The notes under the pieces were generated by a model. The model was given only the letters and a program-made list of their open reading frames with translations, was not told where the DNA came from and did no database searches. From Rhodosorus marinus CCMP1338 (Eukaryota; Plantae; Rhodophyta): 64,000 nt of DNA. The stretch spans positions 806,001 to 870,000 of the forward strand of contig JAMWBK010000013.1 of the NCBI GenBank assembly GCA_029953675.1, given 5' to 3'. Positions 11,545 through 24,811 of this stretch are shown here, in pieces (the stretch's first letter is position 1; the number at the start of each line of letters is the position of its first letter). A program made the position numbers and the translations under genes.

Positions 11545-13400
11545 AGAACTGATCTTGGCATCCAATATCAAAGCACGATCTAGGGATGCATTTTTGGAGG
11601 ATGAATGAATCAGTCCTCCAAAAATGGACTCCTAGATACTCTTGGAACAGGAGGTGAGTCGACCATCGTTGCTCCGTCGGCTCGTATGTTTCTGGTGAGC
11701 GTTCTGCCGAAACCTCCCGCTCTAGTTCAGTCCATACCTGTATGGCCATTCATCTTCATTGTTCCGGAAGGTGTTTCTCCATGACGAGTAAAACGCAATG
11801 GGTTGGACGCGCTTTCGCGTAGCGAAACCCAACCCCCCCAAGCGGCAGGGCAGAGCGATTTGGTCCGAGATCAGCTCTGCGTACTCGTCGTCCTCTACAG
11901 CTGTCGTAGCGAGGCCTCCGAATAGAATTTCCTGATGATATCTGGTCATCACATCGGCCTCGCGTGCCAGGTTCTTCCAAACTCGTATGCGAGGCATCGT
12001 AGAATATGTTCTCATAGTCTCATAGTCCAGGTGCGTTTCGTAACCCCAAGTCTTGTTAAGTTTGCTGACCGAGTTGAAATCCCAGTACATGTCTCGGAAA
12101 CGTGCTGATGGAATCTATGAAAAGTGCAGCCCGTAGATAAGAAACATCTAGACACAACCGTATGGACTCTGATATTACTTAGAGTTTGGAGGAAACCCTA
12201 CGAGACCCATATTGTTGGCATACTATTCAGGGATACTCCAAGACAACAATATATAAAAGCATTGTCTGCTGCACAGCTGGCCAGATCTGTGCATCGTCGC
12301 GAGCAATACAACGGAGGCTCGGACCAGAAACCCCGCCGCGGATCTTGGCACTGGCTACCCTGCAACAACCGCGAGAAATATCTCTTCGAAGCGCACCGGG
12401 CGAGACTGCAGCTTGGACTAATGGTTCAATACAACAAACCCTCTCTCGAGAGGCACACCATTGTGCATTCCAAAGCTTGGTCACCAACCCACGAATCTCC
12501 CCTGAAAACCGAGCTCGAATACGTGGTCCGCCGCGGGATCCGGGTCGGGAGTCTGGCTGCGTGAAATACCAACGCTGACACCAAAAAAATTGAGTGCGGT
12601 TGAGATGCAGGTAAACGTTCGACTACTGCAGGGGCTGCCAATTCCGGGATTGCGGACCACCGAGAAGTGCACTAGTTGCCGGAGTAAACACGGAAGGACT
12701 GGGGTACAACGGTTTCATCACTGCCCAACATCAACTGGACTGTTGCAACGTAGGCACGACGAAATCTGCAGAGAGTTGGCACGGTGGCTGAGGCGATGGA
12801 ACTTCATGGACGTAGAGCAAGAACCTGAGGGGTACTTGGAGAACTACGGACTGCGACCTGATATCGTTGCTAGGCATCCGAGGACCATACAAAGGTATGC
12901 GCTGGATGTGACTGTGGTGTCACCATTGCAGGGAAAATATTTGCGGCCGAGCCAAGATGATAGCGGATACGCGGCGAGAGCTGCGGAGAAGTGGAAAATC
13001 GCTCACTACTAGGAAGCGATGGTGATCGAGAAAGCGGATGACAAGTTCATCCCGATAGCGATAGAGACGTTTGGGCGTACAGGGCAAATGGCACAAGAGT
13101 TCCTCCGCGACAGCTGCAAACACTTACTGCACAGGAGTGAGGAGCTGAGAGATGTGAGATCGCAGATGAACCGGCAACTATGGCGAGGTAATGCAGAGAT
13201 AGCACTAGGCGCTTTGCGCGGACCAGTTGGAGAATCCGCTGGTGCCTGTTTTTTCTTTTGAACGTAGCATGAGACCCCGGCAGCGGGGTTCCAGTAAGTT
13301 TCTCCCTAGATAGGATTAGACGTAGTGTTGCGCTGCAGTAGGCAGCTGCCCAGTAAAGCTTGCGCTTACGTACAAGTCTTGGGTACGTAGTCCCCATAGC
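11545..13400 (+). mobile_element. Family D RLE-type non-LTR retrotransposon 3' half with an inverted 5' segment (11545-~12095 on the - strand)
   Basis: The - strand segment encodes the thumb motif QIALPCRLGGLG. The + strand encodes CTSC..HHC, RRHDEI, LRPDIV, YALDVTV and FIPIAIETFG, with internal stops. Confidence 0.85.
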
Positions 13401-16029
13401 CTAGTCCTAGTCGTCGGACCGTGCTCGATGTGCAGCTTGACCAGACCATTTCCTGACAGATAAGCCACAGCAAGAAACCTAAGCGGGTAAACAACGAGGA
13501 CATAAGGGCTCGGCATGTTTCATTTATTTGCTACGTCTCATCATCGCAGCGGTAGTTCCACAGCGCTCTCCAGCAGCCGGCAAATAACGTCAGCCCGATG
13601 GTACAGGAAAAGCAACGTATTTAGTTCGACGGCTATCGTCACACTTGAACACGTGTAAGCTTACGACTTTACCTGGGCTTGCCGCAACCCCCTTGGCCTG
13701 TTGAGCGGGATGCTAGAGGCGCATTGTGCGGGGCCAATGTGCAGCGGGGTGATTATGGTGCGCATCTGTTGTTGTCTTGTGCGGAGGTTCAAGGGGCCCG
13801 GACCAGACGCCATACGCGGCTCAACCGCTTGCTTTTCCGCTACCTTCGTTCTCAATCGCTCGGTACGGGCCGAGAAGTGGAGTATGAGGTCCCTCTGGCC
13901 GTGGCATCGGAAATTGCTGATGAGGGTGACGCCCCAGCTGTACAGCGGGTGGCGGATTTCGTTGTGACTGACCTTAATGATGATCCGTTTATTCAGAGGC
14001 TAACTACCCTGAGAAGCGAGAGACAAGACGGTGATGCCGATCTCGAACTTCGTGTAAGCTTACGACTTTGCCTGGGCTTGCCGCAACCCCCTTGGCCTAT
14101 TGAGCAGGATTCTAGATGCGCATTGTGCCGGGCCAATGTGCCGTGGGGTGATTATGGTGCGCATCTGTAGGCGTCTTGTGCGGTGGTTCAAGGGGCCCGG
14201 ACCAGACGCCATACGCGGCTCAACCGCTTGCTTTTCCGCTACCTTCGTTCTCAATCGCTCGGTACGGACCGAGAAGTGGAGTATGAGGTCCCTCTGGCGG
14301 TGGCATCGGAAATTGCTGATGAGAGTGACGCCCCAGCGGTACAGCGGGTAGCGGATCTCGTTGTGACTGACCTCTATGCGTTTCGCAGTGAGTACATTGA
14401 CCTCTCCTTCCCTTGTCCTCAGGCGACCAGGTACCTGCCTGCGTCGGCTCGGCGTCGAGGAGCTGCAGCTCGGTCCATGCGGCAAGTTAAAGATTCGCAG
14501 TACGCGGCAGCGATGTCAAACCCTACCTTTCGCGATTCGGCGGTGACATACCGGTTCGTCCCCCTCATTATTGAGTGCTTTGGCTTGATAGATAGTGTAG
14601 GTTCTCGCTGGCTTCGAGCTCTGTTTCGCAACGACCCAGGGCGTTTAGATAGTCTGCTCACGGAGCCTTCTTTGACCCTGTGGTGCTCCAAATCTGCTTT
14701 GTTTGTGGACGCGCGTCATCAGCGTCTTGTTTCTCGCTTCTCAGGGTAGTTAGCCTCTGAATAAACGGATCTAAGATCACGCGCGTCCACAAACAAAGCA
14801 GAATTGGAGCGCCACAGGGTCATAGAAAGCTCCGTGAGCAGACTATCTAGGCGCCCTGGGTCGTTGCGAAACAGAGCTCGCAGCCAGCGAGAACCTACAC
14901 TATCTATCAAGCCAAAGTACTCAATGATGAGGGGGACGAACCGGTATGTCACCGCCGAATCGCGAAAGGTAGGGTTTGACATCGCTGCCGCGTACTGCGA
15001 ATCTTTAACTTGCCGCATGGACCGAGCTGCAGCTCCTCGACGCCGAGCCGACGCAGGCAGGTACCTGGTCGCCTGAGGACAAGGGATGGAGAGGTCAATG
15101 TACTCACTGCGAAGCGCATTGAGGTCAGTCACAACGAGATCCACCACCCGCTGTACCGCTGGGGCGTCACTCTCATCAGCAATTTCCGATGCCACCGCCA
15201 AAAGGACCTCATACTCCACTTCTCGGTCTGTACCGAACGATTGAGAACGAAGGTAGCGGAAAAGCACAGAGCAAGCGGTTGAGCCGCGGATGGCGTCTGC
15301 TCCGGGCCCCTTGAACCTCCGCACAAGACGCCAACGATGCGCACCATAATCACCCCACGGCACATTGGCCCCGCACAATGCGCATCTAGAATCCCGCTCA
15401 ACAGGCCAAGAGAGTTGCGGCAAACCCAGGTAAAGTCGCCCCTCACTGCGCGTCGCAGTGAGTGCATTGACCTCTCCATCTCTTGTCCTCAGGCGACCAG
15501 GTACCTGCCTGCGTCGGCTCGGCGTCGAGGAGCTGCAGCTCGGTCCATGCGGCAAGTTAAAGATTCGCAGTACGCGGCAGCGATGTCAAAACCTACCTTG
15601 CGCGATTCGGCGGTGACATATTGGTCCGTCCCCGTCATTATTGAGTGCTTTGGCTTGATAGATAGTGTAGGTTCCCGCTGGCTGCGAGCTCTGTTTCGTA
15701 ACGACCCAGGGCGTTTAGATAGTCTGCTCACGGAGCTTTCTTTGACCCTTTGGCGCTCCAAATTTGCTTTGTTTGTGGACGCCCGTCATCAGCGTCTTGT
15801 CTCTCGCTTCTCAGGGTAGTTAGCCTCTGAATAAACGGATCTTCTTCTTCTTCTTGAAGACGAGGTCTGCCTAGGCGATCGTTATTTTGGCAATGAGTGC
15901 ATTTAGTGAAAGACACGGGCGTGTCTGGTTCAATTTCAAGACCGATTTGCGAAGGTCAGGTCGAGTCAGTGCTTCATCCGATGCGAAGTCCAATCGACAA
16001 GAACTAAGTTTGAATGAATTAAAGTAAAG

Positions 16030-16640
16030 TGATGGTGGTTTTCTGGCTTCATTAGCATAGCCTAAAGCTCTGCGCAAACCGTGGAAAGAAACTAAGAACT
16101 AGGTAGGGAAGCGTGCAAACCCAGGCGCCGATGGCGCGCCTCGGCAAGCATGCTGCTCGAATATCGCCGCAGAGAGACACTTAAACGCCGCAAAAGTTCC
16201 AAGTATTCAACACGATGCTCAGCGAAACATTTCCGCAACCACTCCAAACCCACCTTCTCCACGTCACCAAAGCTGTCCACAATGAAACGCTGGAACCGGT
16301 GGGAGCAACCTTCAGCGCGAGGCAGACTGACCACACCCTCGGCATACCGTCGTTCCTTCACGCGGCGAAGGGCCGAAGCAGCTGCTCCCCGGCGGCGGGC
16401 GGCAACGGTGAGATGCGCGCTTGCCACAGGGCATGTAATCGCGAGGTCAACATGTTGAGCGTCTGGCAGCAGCATCGGAGACGAGAAAATCTGCGATACA
16501 GCGGGGCGGTGCCCTATCCGAGACCGATCTGGGTAGTTCCGATTCCACCTCAACCGTATCTTGAAGCGAGTGTGACGCCTCGTACGAAGACCTCTCAGCA
16601 GTCCGCATGAACCTAAAAAGTGGTAACCGCAAGCATCGAT
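16030..16640 (-). mobile_element. Family A 3' fragment
   Basis: VDLAITCPVASAHL..FQRFIVDSFG..HRRLGLHASLPSS* and the A-type 3' UTR. Confidence 0.85.
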
Positions 16641-16650
16641 CTGACTCTCA

Positions 16651-16682
<32 letters not shown>

Positions 16683-19600
16683 GTTTATCAGAGCCTAACT
16701 ACCCTGAGAAGCGAGAAACAAAACGCTGATGACGCGCGTCGAACAATAAAGCGATGATGATCCGTTTATTCAGAGGCTAACTACCCTGAGAAGCGAGAGC
16801 CAAGACGCTGATGACGCGCGTCCACAAACAAAGCAGATTTGGAGCGCCAAAGGGTCAAAGAAAGCTCCGTGAGCAGACTATCTAAACGCCCTGGGTCATG
16901 GCGAAACAGAGCTCGCAGCCAGCGAGAACCTACACTATCTATCAAGCCAAAGCACTCAATAATGAGGGGGACGAACCGGTATGTCACCGCCGAATCGCGA
17001 AAGATAGAGTTTGACATCGCTGCCGCGTACTGCGAATCTTTAACTTGCCGCATGGACCGAGCTGCAGCTCCTCGACGCCGAGCCGACGCAGGCAGGTACC
17101 TGGTCGCCTGAGGACAAGGGATGGAGAGGTCAATGTACTCACTGCGAAGCGCATTGAGGTCAGTCACAACGAGATCCGCCAGCCGCTGTACGGTTGGGCC
17201 GTCACTCTCGTCAGCAATTGCCGATGCCACCGCCAGAGGTCCCTCTGGCGGTGGCATCGGGAATTGCTATCAGGTCCCTCATACTCCACCTCTCGCTCCG
17301 TACCGAGCGATTGAGAACGAAGGTAGCGGAAAAGCAAGCGGTTGAGCCGCGTATGGCGTCTGGTCCGGGCCTCTTGAACCTCCGCACAAGACGCCAACAA
17401 ATGCGCACCATAATCGCTCGTCATCAGCGTCTTGTCTCTCGCTTCTCAGGGTAGTTAGCCTCTGAATAAACGGATCATCACCATAATCACCCCACGGCAC
17501 ATTGGCCCCCCACAATCCGCGGGTAAAATCCCGCTCAACAGGCCAAGGGGGTTGCGGCAAGCCCAGGTAAAGTCGTAAGCTTACACGAAGCTCGAGATCG
17601 GTAAGCGCCAACCGCGGATACGCAGGTATGACCGTGAAGAAGCGGGAGCTGAGACTCCCCCCCCAAGCCGCGCAGGCGAGCAAAAGTTGACGCCGAGCAC
17701 GAAGATTCACGGAGCTTTCTTTGACCCTGTGGCGCCCCAATTCTGCTTTGTTTGTGGACGCGCGTCATCAGCGGCTTGTCTCTCGCTTCTCAGGGTAGTT
17801 AGCCTCTGAATAAATGGATCATCAAGGTAAACTCAGAAGGGTGGCATACGTGTCCCGATGTATGTCCCACGAAAGGGTTTTTTTTGGATTACATCGGTCC
17901 TCGAAGGGGCTCCGGCCCCTTCGAGCTCCGGCCGACCGGGAAACGCCCTCCTCTGGCGGTCTCGACGGCACAGCCACGGCGTCAATCTCCTCGGCAGCTT
18001 CTACACCATTTCCAACACACGGTGCTTGCAGCAGAGACTCCAGATTGCTGGCCACCGAGTGAGTGAAGAACTGCGGCCCAGCAATCGCACCGAGCCTGGG
18101 TACCACTCGGCAGGGCGGTACATTGTTGAAAAACGGCCTCCAGTTCCGCAAAAAAACCCCCGAAGCAGTGGGGCGAGAGTCCCGTCCAGCGAGCTTCCTG
18201 CTTTCTTTCCGAGCCCAGGTAGCTTTGAGGACTGGCGTTCCCGCCTTTTCTCTTGGTTTGAAGGTTTTGTTGGGCGTTTTCCTTCTGGGGATATGCCTCT
18301 TTGCCCTCGTTCGCCCCCAGTCTCTCTCCTTCATCGTTTGCGCAGAAGCGTTTCTTTTGGATTTCCTGCTTATGGAGATGGCCGACCATCCTCAAGCAGC
18401 ACTTGCTTGGAAGCTTTTGTTTGTTTTTCCTCGGCTAGTGCTCACGGTCTCCCAGGGGTGCGATGCATATCCAATTAGACGCAAAGTTCAGTCTTCTCTA
18501 GCGGGGGACTTTGCTTTCTTAGAATGTTTATACCTCGTTAGTTCCTCTTCTTCCTCCTGCTTGCTTGCTCCGTTTATTCAGAGGCTAACTACCCTGAGAA
18601 GCGAGAGAAAAGACGCTGATGACGCGCGTCCACAAACAAAGCAGAATTGGAGCGCCACAGTGTCTCCAATTCTGCTTTGTTTGTGGACTGTTGAGTGGAC
18701 TTCGGGTTGGGCGGCTGGACGGGACTCTCGCCCAACGGCTCGGGGGTTTTTTTGCGGAACTGGAGGCCGCCTTTTTAATAATGTACCGCCCTGCCGAGTG
18801 GTACCCAGGCTCGTTGCGATTCCTGGGGGGCAGTTCGTGACTCCCTCGGTGGCCCAGCGTTCGGGAGTCTCTGCTGCAGCACCGTGTGTTGGAAATGGTG
18901 TAGAAACTGCCGAGGATGTTGACGCCGTGGCTGTGCCGTTGAGACGGCCAGAGGAGGGCGTTCCCGGTTGGGTCCGGCCCCTTCGAGGACCGAGTTAATC
19001 CAAAAAAACCCCTTCGTGGGACATACATCGGCACTCGTATGCCATCCTTCTGAGTTTACCTTCGTGCTCGGCGTCGATTTTAGCTCGCCTGCGCGGTTTC
19101 GGGGGGAGTCTCAGCTCCCGTCTCTTCACGGTCATACCTGCGCATCCGCGGTTGGCGCTTACCGATCTCGAACTTCGTGTAAGCTTACGACTTTACCTGG
19201 GTATGCCGCAACCCCCTTGGCCTGTGGAGCGGGATTCTAGATGCGCATTGTGCGGGGCTAATGTGCCGTGGGGTGATTATGGTGCGCATCTGTTGGCGTC
19301 TTGTGCGGAGGTTCAAGAGGCCCGGACCAGACGCCATACGCGGCTCAACCGCTTGCTTTTCCGCTACCTTCGTTCTCAATCGCTCGGTACGGACCGAGAA
19401 GTGGAGTATGAGGTCCTTCTGGCGGTGGCATCGGAAATTGCTGATGAGAGTGACGCCCCAACGGTACAGCGGGTGGCGGAACTCGTTGTGACTGACCTCA
19501 ATGCGCGTCGCAGTGAGTACATTGACCTCTCCATCCCTTGTCCTCAGACGACCAGGTACCTGCCTGCGTCGGCTCGACGTCGAGGAGCTGCAGCTCGGTC

Positions 19601-20024
19601 CATGCGGCAAGTTAAAGATTCGCAGTACGCGGCAGCGATGTCAAACCCTACCTTTCGCGATTCGGCGGTGACATACCGGTTCGACCCCCTCATTATTGAG
19701 TGCTTTGACCAAAACGCCCTAGTCCGGCCTACTGGCTCGCTCGAGCTCGATCGCATGAGTGATCAGTTCGCAACCCCTGGAAAATCCCACCCGTACCTGC
19801 CAAGGCGCCATAAAAGCGGTGACTCGCTGGCGCACGCGCTTGCATAGCCACCTCCCGCCGAGCTTCCGTAGAGTCTCGACCATGCCGATCTGCCGGAGAC
19901 GCAGGTGTGCCGGCTCGTGGTCGGGTTTCGTTAGCAAGCAAAGCTGTTGCCCGTCGCAGATGGTCCCGAGGGGCATACGCACCCCCCGCACCCTGGAACA
20001 GCGTATTCAGGATCTTTGCCTTAA

Positions 20025-23000
20025 ATCCATTTATTCAGAGGCTAACTACCCTGAGAAGCGAGAGACAAGACGCTGATGACGCGCGTCCACAAAGCATAGT
20101 TGGAGCACCACAGGGTCAAAGAAAGTTCCGTGAGCAGACTATCTAAACGCCCTGGGTCGTTGCGAAACAGAGCTCGCAGCCAGCGAGAACCTACACTATC
20201 TATCAAGCCAAAGCACTCAATAATGAGGGGGACGAACCGGTATGTCACCGCCGAATCGCGAAAGGTAGGGTTTGACATCGCTGCCGCGTACTGCGAATCT
20301 TTAACTTGCCGCATGGACCGAGCTGCAGCTCCTCGACGTCGAGCCGACGCAGGCAGGTACCTGGTCGTCTGAGGACAAGGGATGGAGAGGTCAATGTACT
20401 CACTGCGACGCGCATTGAGGTCAGTCACAACGAGTTCCGCCACCCGCTGTACCGTTGGGGCGTCACTCTCATCAGCAATTTCCGATGCCACTGCCAGAAG
20501 GACCTCATACTCCACTTCTCGGTCCGTACCGAGCGATTGAGTACGAAGGTAGCGGAAAAGCAAGTGATTGAGCCGCGCGCGCGTCTGGTCCGGGCCTCTT
20601 GAACCTCCGCACAAGACGCCAACAGATGCGCACCATAATCACCCCACGGCACATTGGCCCCGCACAATGCGCATCTAGAATCCTGCTCAACAGGCCAAGG
20701 GGGTTGCGGCATACCCACTTAAAGTCGTAAGCTTACACGAAGTTCGAGATCGGTAAGCGCCAACCGCGGATACGCAGGTATGACCGTGAAGAGACGGGAG
20801 CTGAGACCCCCCCCGAAACCGCGCAGGCGAGCTAAAATCGACGCCGAGCACGAAGGTAAACTCAGAAGGATGGCATACGAGTGCCGATGTATGTCCCACG
20901 AAGGGTTTTTTGTGGATTAACTCGGTCCTCGAAGGGGCCGGACCCAACCGGGAAACGCCCTCCTCTGGCCGTCTCAACGGCACAGCCACGGCGTCAACAT
21001 CCTCGGCGGTTTCTACACCATTTCCAACACACGGTGCTGCAGCAGAGACTCCCGAACGCTGGCCACCGAGGGAGTCAAGAACTGCCCCCCAGGAATCGCA
21101 ACGAGCCACTCGGCACGGCGGTACATTGTTGAAAAGGCGGCCTCCAGTTCCGCAAAAAACCCCCCGAGCCGTTGGGCGAGAGTCCCGTCCAGCCGCCCAA
21201 CCCGAAGTCCATTCAACAAACCACTCACATGCGGATCACACTCCGTAGACCATGTACTAAGCGCATTGGCCCACGAACTCACCACAGCCGCCGGCTGGAT
21301 CGCCGCGTAAGATCCCACAGCCAGCCCGCCCAACCGCACGGGCAACGCGATCTGCCGGTGAAGGACGTCCTTTTCTGCATCCCCGAAAACAGATAGCTCA
21401 GCATCCATCAGCGTGCCTAGCACGTCCCTCGCTCGTCGGTCTGCGCGGAGCGCCAGCCAAGACCCCCACTCGGAGGATAGCTGCCGCAAAAAATAGGTCA
21501 GCCTCTGGCACGCGCTGAACCGGAAGATGAGCAGAGCGGTCTGGAGGTACCCTTCTGGGAGACTGCACAGCTCAGCCAGGAGCTCATCATGATGACTCAG
21601 GAGCGCGGAGAGGCTGCGTTCAACAAATATCGGGGTGCCTACGGGGACACCGAACAGAAGGAAGCCCTCAGCTCGCCGAATTTCTCGGAACCTGGATGGA
21701 ACCGCGTCCGCGGTGCAGTGAGACCACCCCCCCCCCAGAAGTCGCACTTGGCATGGTTGATACGCAGCCCCACCAAGGAAGCCACCTCGCCGAGAAAATC
21801 ATAGGCCGGCACCAGATCGTCGGGAGTGCCAAGAAGCGTCACATCGTCATGGAAGGCGACTGCACGGACCCGCGGGAACTGATGTTTCAGCCGCAACAGC
21901 ACCAGTTGCAATCCACAGGCGTGCAGGAACGGCCCTAAGGGATCGCCCTGCTGCACACCCGTATGAGCCGCAAAGGTGTGGCTCTCGGCACCCAAGGTGA
22001 CAAATCGGGGCCCGTTCGGCGCTTCACCATATACGCGGCGTAAGAACGGGAAGCCAGAGGGGGAAAGCTGACGAACTACCTCAAGCGCGTGTGCTCGAGA
22101 CACACTGTTAAACGCGTTGGCGAAATCCACAGAAAGCGTGCCCAAGGGCTCATCGCGGAGACCGTCCAGCTGCAGGATACGCGTTATAAGTTTACAGCCA
22201 CCTGAATAGCCGACACCGACCTGGGTCAACTCAAAAAAAACCCTGGCCTCCCTAGTGAGCTGACGCGATAGAAAGCGGCTCGCCAGCTTCCGCAATGCTT
22301 CGCACATCCCGATTGGCCGAAGGGAAGGCGTCTGGTCGGAATGTCCAGGTTTGGGCAAGAGGACCAGTTGGGAGCGCGACAATAGTGCCCAGGCCTCTCC
22401 GCAAAAATCGTCCCCATTGACAAGACCCTCCAGTACCCGCGCAAGGGCGTCCAGCCCTTCTTCACCCAACCAGTGAAAAAGTTCGACCCGGAGTCCTGAG
22501 GGACCAGGTGCACGACCTTTCCGGGCGGACCGGAGCAGAGCCAGAACCTCATCCGGCCGAACAAGCAACCGACCCCTACCGCGTGAGGAATCGACAAAAG
22601 GATGTAAGACACGCTGGAACTCAGAGTTCCAACTCACGTCGCGCGCAGGGAACAACGCGGCGACTGGATCAGCCAGGTCAGTCCGATACGGCTCGACTGA
22701 AGCGCCTTGCGGGAGGATGGCCGCCCCACGCCGAATATCCCCCTGTGCCACTGCTGCCTTTTCCCGTACCTGCCTACGGGAACGAGAAGAAGGTGAAGTC
22801 CCGCACGAAGTGGATCTCGTTGTGACTGACCTCAATGCGCGTAGCAGTGAGTACATTGACCACTCCATCCCTTGTCCTCAGGCGACCAGGTACCTGCCTG
22901 CGTCGGCTCGACGTCGAGGAGCTGCAGCTCGGTCCATGCGGCAAGTTAAAGATTCGCAGTACGCGGCAGCGATGTCAAACCCTACCTTTCGCGATTCGAC

Positions 23001-24600
23001 AGTGACATACGGGTTCGTCCCCTCATTATTGAACGCTTTGGCTTGATAGATAGTGTAGGTTCTCGCTGGCTGCGAGCTCTGTTTCGCAACGACCCAGGGC
23101 GTTTAGATAGTCTGCTCACGGAGCTTTTTTTGACCCTGTGGCGCTCCAAATCTGTTTTGTTTGTGGACGCGCGTCATCAGCGTCTTGTCTCTCGCTTCTC
23201 AGGGTAGTTAGCCTCTGAATAAACGGATCAAGTGGAAGATGCGACACTAGCGAGGTATAAAGATTCTAAGAAAGCAAAGTCCCCCGCTAGAAAAGACTGA
23301 ACTTTGCGCTAATTGGACATGCATCGCGCCCCTGGGAGACCGTGAGCACTAGCCGAGGAAAAACAAACAAAAGCTTCCAAGCAAGTGCTGGTTGAGGATG
23401 GTCGGCCACCTCCATAAGCAGGAAATCCAAAAGAAACGCTTCTGCGCAAACGGTGAAGGAGAGAGACTGGGGGCGAACGAGCCCTCGCAAAGAGGGATAC
23501 CCCCAGAAGGAAAACGCCCAACAAAACCTTCGAACCAAGAGAAAAGGCGAGAACGCCAGTCCTCAAAGCTACCTGGGCTCGGAAAGAAAGCAGGAAGCTC
23601 GCAACGTTCCCTAAAAGACTAAGATATCCTGCTCCCTCACCATGGAGGAAGCGTCTACGAGATGCGAATCCGCAACGGAATCAGAAGAATTTCCCCCCGC
23701 AACTGGGGCCAAGAAGGGGCCTTGTGCGGAGGGGCACACAAAGAGGAGAGGGATGCATAGATAGCCCCTAAGGAGCCGGAGACCCTCCCCCGGACGCCAA
23801 AGGGCGAAGGGGTGCTCGGCTCAATGGCGAGCGGGTCCATCTCTGGATCGTAATTTACATCCATTGAGGGTAGTTCCCCCACGTCGTCACAAGGCTCCGC
23901 ACCGGCAGAAAGACGCCCAGCGGGAAACACCTGAGCAAAGTCAGGATGATTCTCCAAAAGCGAAGTTTCCGAGGCGAGGAAATCTTGGACCGCAGCATGG
24001 AGGAAACCCCTATTTGGGAGCCGATCTAGCAGGTTTTTCTGAACCCTTGAAAGCCGTTCAAAATGGGCCGAAACCGCCAAGGCAGAATGTCCTCTGCGCG
24101 AGCGCCAAGGAGATCCGAAGGGGCGAGGGATTCCGCAGAGAAACGATCAAAATCAAGCATTAAAGAAACACGGGCGCCTGTCAAAACCTTATTCGCTAAA
24201 ACAGGTCTCTGCGCAGGAGGCGCTTTCAACAAAGTAGATAGGATTTGGTGCGCAGTATCTGTCACCAAGAAGCAAGCATGGGGTCCCGAAAAATCAACGT
24301 AGAGAAAATCGCGGGGCGACGCGCCGAGACACGAGGCCATCGTGTCACGGAAATCGCGAACAGGAATGCGGGCCCATTAGCGCGAGGAGAGCTGGGGCCG
24401 CACGTTGGCCATCACAACCCAACGGAGAGGAGATATGGTCCGTTTAACAGAGTCAACGGCAGGCTCAGGAGGGAATGTACGTACCAGGGCCTCCGCGCGG
24501 GCCTCGACGGACCCACGACGGAGCACTTAGGAGTAGGAAGGCCGCACCGGGCGGGTAGCGGCGGCAGGGGGCACAGGACCAGACACAGAAGAGTCGGCCC
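20025..24600 (-). mobile_element. Family B long copy (partial ORF1 + disrupted RT-RLE ORF2), interrupted by an opposite-strand B insertion at 22815-23229
   Basis: ORF1 block RDFLYVDFSGPHACFLV. RT motifs GRAPGPSG, VDFANAFNSVSR, GVQQGDPLGP, AFHDD and QIALPVRLGGL. RLE domain and B terminus at ~20025. Frameshifts present. Confidence 0.88.
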
Positions 24601-24811
24601 CCTCATTGTTGAGGCCTTTGGCTTGATAGATAGTGTAGGTTCTCTCTGGCTGCGAGCCCTGTTTCGCAACGACCCAGGGCGTTTAGATAGTCTGCTCACG
24701 GAGCTTTCTTTGACCCTGTAGCGCTCCAATTCTGTTTTGTTTGTGGACGCGCGTCATCAGCGTCTTGTCTCTCGCTTCTCAGGGTAGTTAGCCGCTGAAT
24801 AAATGGATCTA

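Larger units (their letters stand above)
6818..11545 (-). mobile_element. Family C non-LTR retrotransposon (CRE-like, RT + restriction-like endonuclease), near full length, two ORFs
   Basis: ORF1 followed by ORF2. RT motifs GRSPGPSG, IRPIG, QLGVG..GGCE, VDLTNAFNRVSR, GVQQGDPLSP, AYHDD and QVGLPLRLGGLG. Endonuclease motifs CPLC..HLLASC, RHTRI, VADLVI, YVDLAV, KEIKY and PxIIECFG. 3' tail ACCATTCGTTCG. Confidence 0.92.
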
